This document shows, piece after piece, positions 48,071 to 60,394 of a stretch of DNA of 64,000 nt; within the stretch, counting starts at the first letter, position 1; every line of letters begins with the position of its first letter. Location: assembly GCF_964204645.1 (NCBI RefSeq), contig NC_134028.1:27214345-27278344 (forward strand), given 5' to 3'. Below the pieces are notes generated by a model, which saw nothing but the letters and a program-made list of their open reading frames with translations, was not told the DNA's origin and searched no databases. Origin of the DNA: Tubulanus polymorphus. Lineage: Eukaryota; Animalia; Nemertea. The position numbers and the translations under genes are program-made.

Positions 48071-49270
48071 TCGTATGTTCATTACGGAGAAATTGTTTTT
48101 GGAAAGTTTTAAGATTGTATGAACTGAAAAAATTGGAACATTTTCAACCGAACTTCGATAGAAAATTTCGCCTGAAAACTAGATTTTGTGAACGTTTAAA
48201 GACTTGGACTCGGAATCAAATTGACTCAGGATTGGATTAACTATGAAATAACTGGATCAGGTCGGAAACTGGTGAAAAGTTGCAGTTTTGTAGGTAGGAA
48301 AAATTTCTTAATATCAACGAATGTAATCATGTTATTTAGGTTTTTATAGGGAAATATATTATTATCATTATAGGAAGTTTACAAATATCTTAAACATTCA
48401 GAACGTAGGATATAGAACTTCACTACCCGAATTATATACGTAATCTAGTATATAGTTCATTGATACGTTATCAAAACTTTCAGCCGTTTATTTTTCTTAC
48501 CGATTCTAAATACCCCTCCTTTTCAAATGGGCTAGATATAATATTTATATTTTGTTTTTATGCGTGACTCTTGCATGAAACTTATTTTTCTTAAGTCACT
48601 TGAACGTGATGATGTTGAGCAGCAGGGCTTTCAAAATATAAGTTGCGGCTATGTCAGCCGTCGCATCCCACTCTAGTAAGAATCCTGCGACGGCTATGAA
48701 ATACCTCGTCTGAGGAATACAGATTTTTCGTAAGTCAAATTTCATTCATCACTCAACACTAGTTTGTTAGAAATTAATAACTGTACCATCATTAGAGCTT
48801 TAAGGAGAGTAAATGGTATGATAGAATCTCCCTAATTCCGATCATTGGGACCAACAAAATTCATCCGTTTTGCGGCAAATCCGGATTAAAAGTTATTTTC
48901 GTGTATAATTAATGATTAAATGATTAAATTAAATGATTAAATTGACAGTAAATATTATCCGGATTAGACCAAAATTCGGATTAAGCCGATGCGGATTAAA
49001 CGATTTACTTTGACTGTATTAGCCAATAGAATCAGTCTTGGAATACAGAAAGACGTTCACGATTGAGTTATGTACAAATACCGATATGAGAAAAGCTTAG
49101 ATTCACCTCCTAAGCCATCACCCATGGAACTGGCCCCAGGGCACTAAAAAGGCTATTACCAAGAAACAAACACTGACGCGAGTGTTGGCCTGTTTAATAA
49201 ACGCAGAAACCCAAGTGTTGGCCTTGTACCACACTGACCACACGTATTCACAAACATTGGTAGCCACCAG

Positions 49271-49397
49271 AACTCAGCGGTCTAGTGGTTAGCGTGCTCG
49301 GCTGGCATGCTGGAGTTCGCAGGTTCGAGTCCCGCTAGGGTTAGGGTTACGGTCGATCTAGGGTTAGGGTTAGTGCCTCAGGTTGGGGCTAATTTTT
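49271..49397 (+). ncRNA. tRNA-derived/TTAGGG element, copy 4b
   Basis: Same structure, with one T-stem mismatch. Confidence 0.68.
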
Positions 49398-52300
49398 GGC
49401 CCAGCGAGGTATTTGTAGTACGATGATCATCTGTTTGACTCAGGTTGTTTTTTGGTCAATAGATTCTATACTAACTTATATATTTTGAACACATATATTT
49501 GCTTTATCTAGTGGAGGCCACTTTATTTAAAAGATACTTCGCTCAATACAGTAGTTTATTTCTAAATGAATAAAAGAGTTGGTGACATTATTCAATATAT
49601 ATAAAAACCACAATATCTATTTTAAGGTTGGTATGCAACAATTTCCACTCTTTTCCATAGGTGTCGCTTTGGATAAATGTCTATATCTCTTGACCCAATG
49701 GACCGATTACGATTAAACTTGATACACAGGAACTTTTATCAAGTAGCACTCGGGGTGGGTGAAATCGCTCTAGGTTGAAGTTACACTGTCCTAAATTGGC
49801 TCCAAACAACGTGAAATTGGTAGTTAGGCCTACTTCGAGTACGGGTAGAACACAGTTTGAAATCGTATCGTTGTAGGTTATCGTAAAGAAGATGTATCCG
49901 TTAATACGACGATTAACAGTACAAATATCGATATAGACACGGTTTTAGTCGATACATTGATCGCCGGGTTTAAACATTCCTGGATATGACCATGTTTCAC
50001 AATTAAATTCATCTTCTAAATGATGACGACCATCGATCACGTGTCTAATCGCATCATAATGGGTACGGGGTGTCCCGCGTTCGAACCAAGTAATTACTGA
50101 TACTGGTTCAGAGTGGTCTTGATACTGAGAAGAGGATGTACAGGGGTATCCCGAGTTCGAACCCAGTAATTACTGATACTGATTCAGAGAGGTCCCGATG
50201 CTGATTAGATGATGTACAGGAGTGTCCCGGGTTCGAACTCAGTAGTGGTCCAAGTTGTCCTGATGTTGGATAGAGGATGTACAGGGGTGTCCCGACCGTA
50301 CGGTGCTGCCGCTATGCTCATCGTTAGCGGGATTTCCGTACACTAACTGAAGTCAACTCTGGCAATCGTCGTGCTGTCCAGTTATACTCCGTTACCCTTG
50401 CTTGCCAGAGTTGACTAACGTTAGTGTATGAAAATCCCGCTACCGATGAGCATAGAGGCAGCACCGTACGGTAAAATGTTGATATATTAACAAAAGTAAT
50501 TACTGATAACTGATTCAGAGTGGTCCTGGTCCTGAATATAGGATGTAGAGGGGCATCCCGGGTTCAAATCCGGTCTATTGGTACTGATTCTGATTGGTCC
50601 TGATGCTGAATGGAGGATGTACAGGGGTATCCCGGGTTCGAACTCAGTAATTACTGATACTGATTCAGAGAGGTCCTGATGCTGATTAGAAAATGTACAG
50701 GGGTGTCCCGGGTTCGAACCCAGCACTATTCTAGGTTGTTGGGATCATTCATTTATTACGTACGCATAAAATTTGAAATTTTCAACCCCCCTCCCCCTCT
50801 GTACGCAAAATCGGACATTTTCTCATATACATTAAGCATTACAGTACGCAATTGCACTGACCCCCTCCCCCTCCCCTAATGCGTACGTAATAAATGAATG
50901 ACCCCGTTTCTCGAAAAATGATAAAATAACGTAAACACGACTTTCAGCAAAATTTATCTACATTTATTCCTCATTGTCATGTAATGCACCTGCCTTTTTA
51001 AGAATAGTAGTTGGACCATCGAATTGAAACCCTCGCATACCAGGGTGAAAAAGAATAAATGAATCCCTCGAGTGGACACCAGGGGCCGCAGTTTCACAAA
51101 AAACGATCCATTTTTTAAATGAATTTGCGAAGAAATTGATCAAATCTCACAAATCTTTGATGATAATTAATCCGTCGGTAGGATTTGGTTTATGATGCGG
51201 GTTTCAATCAGATTTAGATGCCGCAGTTTCGCACACTGAATAGCGAGTGTCCAGTTTCACAGAGAAAGGATGAATCAATTTCAACTTGGATTTAATTTTT
51301 TCTTCAAAATAAAATGTTTGAACGCAATTGGTTCGTGAAACTGTACCCTAGGCTCAGTTTCTTCAAAAATATTCATTTATTGAGACGGTAAAGTCGAATT
51401 GAGTAAAGTTTTTTTAGTTAATTATCTATGAAACTGAACCCGTGGGATTTACGTGCGACGCACTGAGTGTGTGTGAAACTGCTGGCGTCTGTTATCACAA
51501 CTAAAACAACACAGAAAATTCATCTTTATTTCAAATAAAACAGAACAACAGTTCACACGAAATAATTATTATAGTCCCATAATAAAGAAAACCTGTCGAT
51601 ATTTCAACTTTATGATTTCATTGATTGAGTGACTTGTCATAACATGTCCATATTACATCATTATACAATATGTGTATCATACAATTTTTTTTACAAAACC
51701 AGACCAATAAAACTGGGTCGTGGGGTACAAACAATTACAAACTAATGCAACCAGTTATCGCTGCTTTACAGCTACATTTAATCTTCAATTTCAATTTTCC
51801 CTAAAACTTTAAAACCCACTATATAGAAACTTAATAGAAGTAAAAGAGACAACATTTTGGAGTCTCTGTAGAGACCATCATCAAGTCTGAAGAATAACTA
51901 AAACAGGGAAAAACAAGTTAATTAGGAAAGTAAAGCGAGTGTTCAGTCTTAAGGTTGAGAGGATTGTTATTTTGTGCGTATAGGTTGTTCTAGTTATTTC
52001 TTCATTATACTTTTATTACTTTGATTCTTGATAAATGAATTTTGCCTTAAATTTGCATATAACAGGGTTTAAATCATATATTCTATGCCCGAGTCAGGCT
52101 ATTATTCTATTAGCAAAAATGACACCACAGCTTTGAGAGATCAGGGGATGACTCTATTGTTTTTATGTATACGTGATACACAGTCTATCAAACCATCACA
52201 AACAGTAGGCTGCCCGTGCCGGTCGGCACAGATAAACAATATTCATTTGGCTCCAGGTAGATGGTTGGTCGCTGTCCCTGTCAAATGGCAAATTGGTCCC

Positions 52301-52877
52301 GATCCCCACTTCGTCCTAGAATAGAGAAAATATTACATAGAAAATGTTCGATTGAATTAACAGTTAAGTGGGAATTGTTTTCATGACATAATTCGGTAAC
52401 TAGAATTTATAATCACCTTATAATTCTAGATAATTCAACACCATTATTCAATCTTTGATCACTTTTCAAACTGTTCTATTGGACAAATTTCATGCTGCAA
52501 AAAATCATTATACTATGAAAATACTAAGTAATGTATTTATAGCAGTCTGAAATTGGGGCTAAATTCTATTAGAAAATCAATCATTTTCAAACTTGTGTTG
52601 AGCAGAATTAAGCAGCAGCAGCTGCAGCAGCATCAGCCGCACTGCTTCCCGGAGAATCACACATAAAAATTCTGTACAGAATAATTAAATGTTAGAATAT
52701 TATGAAATTAGAGCACAGTGGAGTGATGAAATACTCACCATTTCTAAACTCATATCAGATAAGTTCAGTGCCATCTAGCAGGATTTCACTTCCAACAGTC
52801 ATAATGTCATGAAGTTAAGAGAACTGATGATTTTCTGAGAAAATAAATTCTTAAAACGATAGCAGCAGCTTCAGCAA

Positions 52878-53480
52878 CTAGAGCTTCTTTACTCTTTGAA
52901 GGTGAATATTTTTAATTTCTCCAGTTCCAAAAAGTGTTGGGCGTATTGCATTCTGAAAATTATGCCAGAAAATGGTTAATGAAATAGATAGAAACTGCAA
53001 CTTGTTTGTGTTCGATTGACAGAAAACCTACCAGGTTAATGAGTAGTTTATCACAATGTGTCGAGTATATGCAGATTTCTGAGAGGTTTGATGGTAGCTT
53101 TAGACTGCATCCTCTAGTAAAACGTTGATACCTGCCAACATTGACCGATCAAAACATCATTTTCTGGACTTGATTTGAAGATCACCACAAATTACTGCAA
53201 TAAATCGATATAAAACTCACCGCTTCTGACTTGTTTGATTTGTGGAGCGCAATGTTAACTGCAAGTTCAGCTTTATTTTGGACCCTAGAATACAAAAGTT
53301 GTATAATTTTGATGATTCGAACTTTGACCAGAATAGAAGTGATTGAAAATTCGCCTTCACTGATTAATGTAGCTTCTAATCAGGAAATGAGTTTATAAAT
53401 GTACAGTCAAACAGAGACTAGAATCTGTAGAGATATTTACCGGTACCGTATTGGTTTTGAGGATCTAAAGCGATGTCCAT
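52878..53480 (-). CDS. Second intact copy of the residual 92-aa spliced ORF
   Basis: Same four exons. It lacks the stops seen in T1 (8008-8006) and T2 (19169-19167). Confidence 0.3.
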
Positions 53481-56467
53481 CTTAAACAAATGTGAAGTGA
53501 ATTCCCAATGTTTACTGTTCACAGATTCTATCAAGGGTTCCAGTTATTTCAGCTCCTAAATATAAATTTTAGAAATTGTCAGTTAAGTTGTTATGAAATA
53601 AGAGCAGTTTCACACCAAATCAAACTAAGCCGTGATCTTTGAGTGATTGAATGCTGGAAACATAAACAGATAGAATAATTTATATAGAACAGTTCTCTAA
53701 AAATAATGAATTTCCAAACAGGTTTTACCTGCTGCTGCCGCTGCTGGTGGCGCTGTTGCTGCATGGTGCTGGTACTGCAGGTACTGCCAGTGCTGCTGTT
53801 GCAGCTGCTGGTGGCGCTGTTGCTGCATGGTGCTGGTACTGCGGGTACTGCCAGTGCTGCTGTTGCTGCATGGTGCTGGTACTGCAGGTACTGCCAGTGC
53901 TGCTGTTGCAGCTGTTGCTGCATGGTGCTGGTACTGCGGGTACTGCCAGTGCTGCTGCTGCTGCGGTGTGTATCTCAACCTGTAACTGAGAGTAAAACTG
54001 TAATTTTTAGTTCAAAAATAATTCAAAATATCAACAGAGACTGTGAAGCATTCTGTGGAGAAATTCATTACCAGTTTTGTACTTACCTTTAAATGAGCCA
54101 GTTTAGATTGTAAATTCTATTGGATTCATTTCATTCTGAAAAGAAAAAGAAACAATAATCAGTGACAATAGAGCAGAATGTAACATCTCAAATTATCAAT
54201 CAATCAGACAGAAACAGTACAGGATTTCTGTAGATTAAACTGCTGTACTTATTTCATACTGATTGAACAGTTACAGATACATGTAACATTGTGTACAGAT
54301 ACAGAGTACAGATCACTGCATTACTTCATCCTGTGACTGAACAGTGATTTAATGTTCTTTCATCTTCATTAGATTCTCATCCGTCTAACTAAAACATCAG
54401 AACATTTTAACTCATCTAACCTCCCGACCCGACCCTCCCAGACCCCATCCCTCCCACCCTCCCAGACCCCTTCCCTCCCCCCTCCCAAACCCCTTCCCTC
54501 CCCGACCCCTTCCCTCCCGCCCTCCCGGACCCCTTCCCTCCCACCGTCCGATACCCCTTCCCTCCCTCCCTTCCTCCCTCCCTCAATGCCCTCCCGCCTG
54601 GCCCACCCTCAATGCCCACCCTCAATGCCCTCCCACCTAGCCCTCCCTCAATGCCCTCCCACGTAGCCTTCCCTCAATGCCCACCCTCAATGCCCTCCCA
54701 CCTGGCCCTCCCTCAATGCCCTCCCACCTGGCCTTCCCTCAATGCCTCCTCAACTCTGTTGTCTCCTCTTCACACACCACTCATCCGTACAATAACTACA
54801 AAACGATTTGCCATTTTTCACGATCATATCAATTTCATTTATAAATCAAAATCCTTAATCAATTGCATCATTGATGGGACTCACAGATACTGTCTCTACA
54901 CATTTTGGAGGCATTCAGATGACTTCAAATGATCATATGCCTGGGTTGGTCTTGAAAATCACATGGCTTCATTTTTACAGATGATTTCTTTATCAATTTC
55001 ATCAAATTATTCCTATTATTTCTACTCCCTCTAATAAGTATTCACAATATATCTCAGTTTCACGACAAGTTGCAGCAGTCGTCTGTAAACAGATTTCATT
55101 TCATCAAATGATGCGAGTTTGAGTTGTAGAGGTTTCATCTACAAAACATCAAACCAAACCTGAGGAACTTAATGTTGTAAGGTAGGGGGACGTATATGGA
55201 GGGTTCACCCGAACCAAAGAATAAGCCCGAACCAAACCTCCACACTCACAAAATGTTGCGAGAAAGGCAAACACAAACCAAGGACAAGAATGATGGCTGA
55301 GATCAAAACAATTAATGCTATTGATGTTGCTTCACCAATTCAACATGACGTCACTAAATGAAACCATTGTGGACTATTTCAATACTCTCTACTAGAGGTT
55401 TCATATAAGCAAGCAGTTTATGGAATCCTATTCATAAAAGTTATAAGTCAATGTTTTTAAACTGCTGATGCAAAATATATACGTCATTAAATAATCTGTT
55501 TGATTGTCTTTTCAAGTTAACACTTAAACCCAGTGGAACGAACTCCAGCCATTTTTCCTTCATTTGCCATTTTTCGTTTTTACTCTTTTCTCTGACTTTT
55601 AGCACTTGAGTCGAGGTAGGAATAGACCCCTGCCCACTCGCTAAGCGTGCAGGACACTAAACCTTTGAATTGCTCTCGGACCCCACTCTTTATATCAGCA
55701 TTTCATGCTGTTTTATTTTATTCACGCATTCGCTTTACATTTTTTCATATGGCTTTTCCTTATTTGTCGTCTCACTAAAATTCTCATCAGTTCCGACTGG
55801 GATCAAGTTTAATCTTTTAGAGACAAACAGCAAAAGGTTGTGTTAGTTGCACCAGCAGCAGCAGCAGCTGCAGCACCAGCAGCAACACTGATACAGATGA
55901 ATCTTTCATTAACTACGTCATTTGTTCCATTCTCAAATATTGAGTCATGAAGGCAACAGAAATAACTTTAAAAAAAGTTAAATCTTTCATTCATGGTCTT
56001 TGTTTGGTGACCAAAGAGTCAAAGTTTGGTTCATAGCTCAGGTTTAGTGACCAAGTCTAAAAGCTATAAACTGACAAATTGATCAAGCACTGATAAAATT
56101 CTAAATAACAGCGGAGGATGAAATAACTTTCATAAACTGATATGATTGTGAAAAATGGCAAAATACACTAGATACACCTCCCCCACGCTTTATCAGAGTC
56201 TCATTGTAGTAGGAAGATTGCCGTAGCCTAACTGTAAAAACTACATCTGGTTGAATATCATTTGTTTTTACAGCTTTTAAATTCAGTAAAATATTTCGTG
56301 ATATAAGTATAATTAGTTCGCAGCCCCTTAAATTCTGTCTAGAATAGAATTATAAGTCACAGGGTAGAAATAGAATATTATCCTATTCTAAAATGAATAT
56401 AATAATAGAACAATAGTCTCTCCGTGTCAATCTTTGTCCCACCTAAAAATTGTACAGTTTATTTCAG

Positions 56468-57018
56468 AAAATGTGTCCCATCTTTTTGAAAAGGATAACT
56501 AATTATTAAGGATATCTACGAATAGTGATATACTGTGCCATGAAGGCAAATGAAGAAGTGTGTCAATAAAAGTGATTACAAAACATATCACTTATTCTAA
56601 TGAGTTCTATACTCTTCTTCCAAAAATGAAGAGTAGGTCTCTGTCTAAGAATCTGCAGAAAAAAGAGGAGGCAGCAATGAATGTGACTGCATCTCGACTC
56701 TCGTCAACAATTCTAAGTCGTCCTATACAGTTCTTCATTTTAGAACCAGTATTTACAGCCGTTTTTAAAATAGCACAGAAGAAAATACATCTTTCAGCTG
56801 GAAATGTATCAGTAAACCGCCAGATATCAACAGTAATTATTACGTTTGATTGTTGTTTCATTGAATTATTAATGAAACCGTTTTTTGATCGGAGCCAAGG
56901 AGCAGAACTTGTGATCATTCAAAAAATATCTCTCATTCCTGACAACATTAAATAATGGCCCTAAAAATTGAAATGTCCCAATTCAGAAATCTGGGGGCAA
57001 TTATCTCATAACGATTGA
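56468..57018 (+). pseudogene. Possible decayed protein-kinase-like exon (fullest copy; internally deleted versions at ~932, 11605, 22421, 34311)
   Basis: After the acceptor TTTATTTCAG, one frame gives EGK*RSVSIKVI / KEEAAM / FFILEP / KKIH-LSAGNVSVN / VIITFD / SEIWG. These resemble kinase subdomains II, III, V, VIb, VII and IX in the correct order. HRD and DFG are degenerate and stops are present. Confidence 0.35.
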
Positions 57019-60000
57019 GAGAAGTGACGGTGAAATAACGTGCGCACTCACCGGGGATCAAACCCAGGTCTCATAGAAATAACAACCAGTGAAATAGAAC
57101 GAGTCCAATTGGCCGATGCTTATACAGCTTGTCATGCATAACAACTGAAACATGACATGTTGCAGTCACGTGTTTCATAATGATTAATCATTTCTTAGAA
57201 TAATAAAAAGATGGGACACATTTTCTGAAATATCCTGAATTTCGAGACTAAAACTACGACTAAACCACCTGTACCTGTACCTAAACCCTAAAGCCCCACC
57301 CTATATCCCTCCCTCCAAAGTCCTACCACCACCCCTACATCCCTCCCACCCTCCCAAGTCCTACCACCACCCCTACATCCCTCCCACCCTCCCAAACCCC
57401 ATCCCTCCCGGACCCTTTCCCTCCCGCCCTCCCTCACCCCATCCCTCCCGCCCTTCCTCCCAGACCCCTTCCCTACCACCGTCCCTTCCCCCAACCCTAC
57501 CCACCCTCCCCAAACCCCGTGGTTAGATGAGTTGAAATGTTCTGATGTTTTAGTTAGATGGATGGGAATCTAATGAAGATGAGAGAACATTAAATCACTG
57601 TTCAATCACAGGATGAAGTAATGCAGTGATCTGTACTCTGTATCTGTACACAATGTTACATGTATCTGTAACTGTACAATCAGTATGAAATAAGTATAGC
57701 AGTTTAATCTATAGAAATTCTAACTCTCAAGATACACATGATCTGATTATCACGAAGGAACATGATTGATAACAGTTGTATTATTGACATCAGGAACCAG
57801 TTTCATATTGATTAGAAATAACATTTGAGTTGATCACAATTTAGAAAACCTGTAAACCCGCTTACAGAAATAACAATCCCAACCATGAGCTGATTATAGC
57901 CAAATATTCACCAAAAGAAATTTGAAATGATTGAATAACTGTGACAGGTTTCTGAGATTTCATTTCAAAACATGGTTTATAACAAACAATATAAAATTGG
58001 TCCCTTAAAATTAATTCAACAACCGATAAATAAAGATTAATGTTACTTATCTTGAATTTCCACATAGGCTATAGTGATTCCTGATGTCATGCTAAATCCA
58101 AGAGTGATTCCCGATGTTCTGTGCTAAATCATAAAAAAGTCTGGTAGTAAAACACTGATTCCTTGTTGTCCTGTGCTGAATCCAAGAATGATTCCCGATG
58201 TCCGGCGCAAAACCAAAAAAGTCTGATTGTGAAACACTGATTCCTTGTTGTCCTGTGCTGAATCTAAGAGTGATTCTTGTTTTCCTGTGCTGAATCAAAA
58301 TTCCCGTTGAACATGTTGAAGTGATACCTATAATAGACAAATCTAAGATTGTTTTCTTTCCTTAGAAATAACTGCAGAAATATCAAATCTAAAATTCAAA
58401 CTTACAAATTAGATTGTTCGCTCAAATCTGCAGTTCGTTTATTCACGGGGTTTTTCTATCCACAGTTTAGGTTTTGCATCTAGAGTTGAACATGAAATAT
58501 AAACAAGAAAGTAATGAAAAAACGAACAGTTTAAATATTATCTGTTTCTGAAACCGATGATGATCATCATCATCAATATCACAGACGAATGGAGGCAAGT
58601 AGAGGCATCAATCCTCCTGCGGCAGGCACTCGAACCTGATGGCATCCAGATTGCCACGGTACGAAACCCTGCCACACTAGACCTAGTGCGCAGCAGCTAC
58701 ACGCGCAGCTTAGATGATGTCATTAATAGCCAATCAGAAATTCAGTTTTATTTGAGCCCGGGTTTTCCCATTTATAGTTCTTCTGTGAAATTTACCTCAG
58801 CGATTAACGAGCAATCTGTTTGGTGCCGCAAGATTTCGCGCGGTAAAGCTGCGCATGTACCTGCGCACCCGGTCTAGTGTGGCAGGGGTTCGTGCCGTGG
58901 CTGAGTGTAGCAAGCGATGTCATCAGGTTCAAATCCCTGCCATGGGAGCATGTTGGTGTCCCACATGTTTGACTGCGATTAATAGGCCTATAGGTTAAGC
59001 GACAGATGAAATAAACTTACACTGTTTTCACTGTTTGATGTAATCAGTCGATGGAATCATTTTAGAACAAATTCATTACAACACAGCGAGATGAAGCCCA
59101 TCGTGATCTAGAAATATCAGGATGGAATGACGTTATGCTTGACTGAGCGCCACCATGACCATGGCATATGTCAATGTGCACTGTTTGTAGGATGTGACTG
59201 AAATAATATGATTTCCCGCAATATCTGAGATGGAATATTTTTCGCCATTTAAACCAATGTTACAAACACTTACCAAATATTGAAATACTGATTTCAGGGG
59301 TCGGGAAGGAGGGTGGCAATGTTTGTATTAGGAGAGGTTTTTGCTTAATTTCGTGTTATGGTAAAGCACGCCATTTTGATATTTCGTCATAGTGTACCTC
59401 AGATTGGGATTCCCGGCGGTAGACTGGTCACCGCCACCTGTATTCGCAGGTAGAAATGGCAACCAGTCTATGCAGGTCTCGGCATCTTTTCGATTAGATT
59501 AGGTTTTATATTCTACGCAATATTCAAAGAATTTATTCTAATGAAAACCACGCTCTTTACCAATCTAATCATTCGTTTCGAGGTTTCCGTAATTACTACT
59601 TTAGTTCACAGAAATTCCGTTATCATAGGGGCAGCACTGAACGGTTGTAATTTGATGCAGTCTTGCTATTTTACTGCGGCATGTGAGGAATACAGATTTT
59701 TCTTAAGTCAAATTTCATTCATCACTCAACACTAGTTTGTTAGAAATTAATAACTGTACCAACATTAGAGCTTTATATAAGGAGAGTAAATTAATGGTAT
59801 GATAGAATCTCCCTAATTCCGATCATTGGGACCAACAAAATTCATCCGTTTTACGGCAAATCCGGATTAAAAGTCATTTCGTGTATATTAATGATTAAAT
59901 TGACTGTATATATTATCCGGATTAGACCAAAATTCGGTCGATGCGGATTAAACGATTTAGTTTGACTGTATTAGCCAATAGAATCAGTCTTCGCCCATCG

Positions 60001-60267
60001 AACTGGCCCCAGGGCACAAAAATTACCAAGAAACAAACACTGACGAGTGTTGGCCTGTTTAATAAAGGCAGAAACCCTAGTGTTGGCCTGTTTAATAAAC
60101 GTAGAAACCCTAGTGTTGGCCTGTTTAATAAACGTAGAAACCCTAGTGTTGGCCTGTTTAATAAACGTAGAAACCCTAGTGTTGGCCTGTTTAATAAACG
60201 CCGAAACCCTAGTGTTGGCCTGTTACCACACTGACCAACCATATTCACAAACCATGGCAGCCACCAG

Positions 60268-60394
60268 AACTCAGCGGTCTAGTGCTTAGCGTGCTCAGCT
60301 GGCATGCTGGAGTTCGCAGGTTCGAGTCCTGCTAGGGTTAGGGTTACGGTCGATCTAGGGTTAGGGTTAGTGCCTCAGGTTGGGGCTAATTTTT
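60268..60394 (+). ncRNA. tRNA-derived/TTAGGG element, copy 5
   Basis: Same structure; the A-box GG is changed to GC. Confidence 0.65.

Larger units (their letters stand above)
48711..55927. repeat. Large tandem unit, partial copy 4b (equivalent to ~3565-10673)
   Basis: Homology resumes at TGAGGAATACAGATTTTTC and continues collinearly to the next anchor. Confidence 0.93.
51510..59385 (-). pseudogene. Multi-exon gene model T4
   Basis: Same splice sites as T1. PolyA signal at 51530-51525. Confidence 0.6.
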
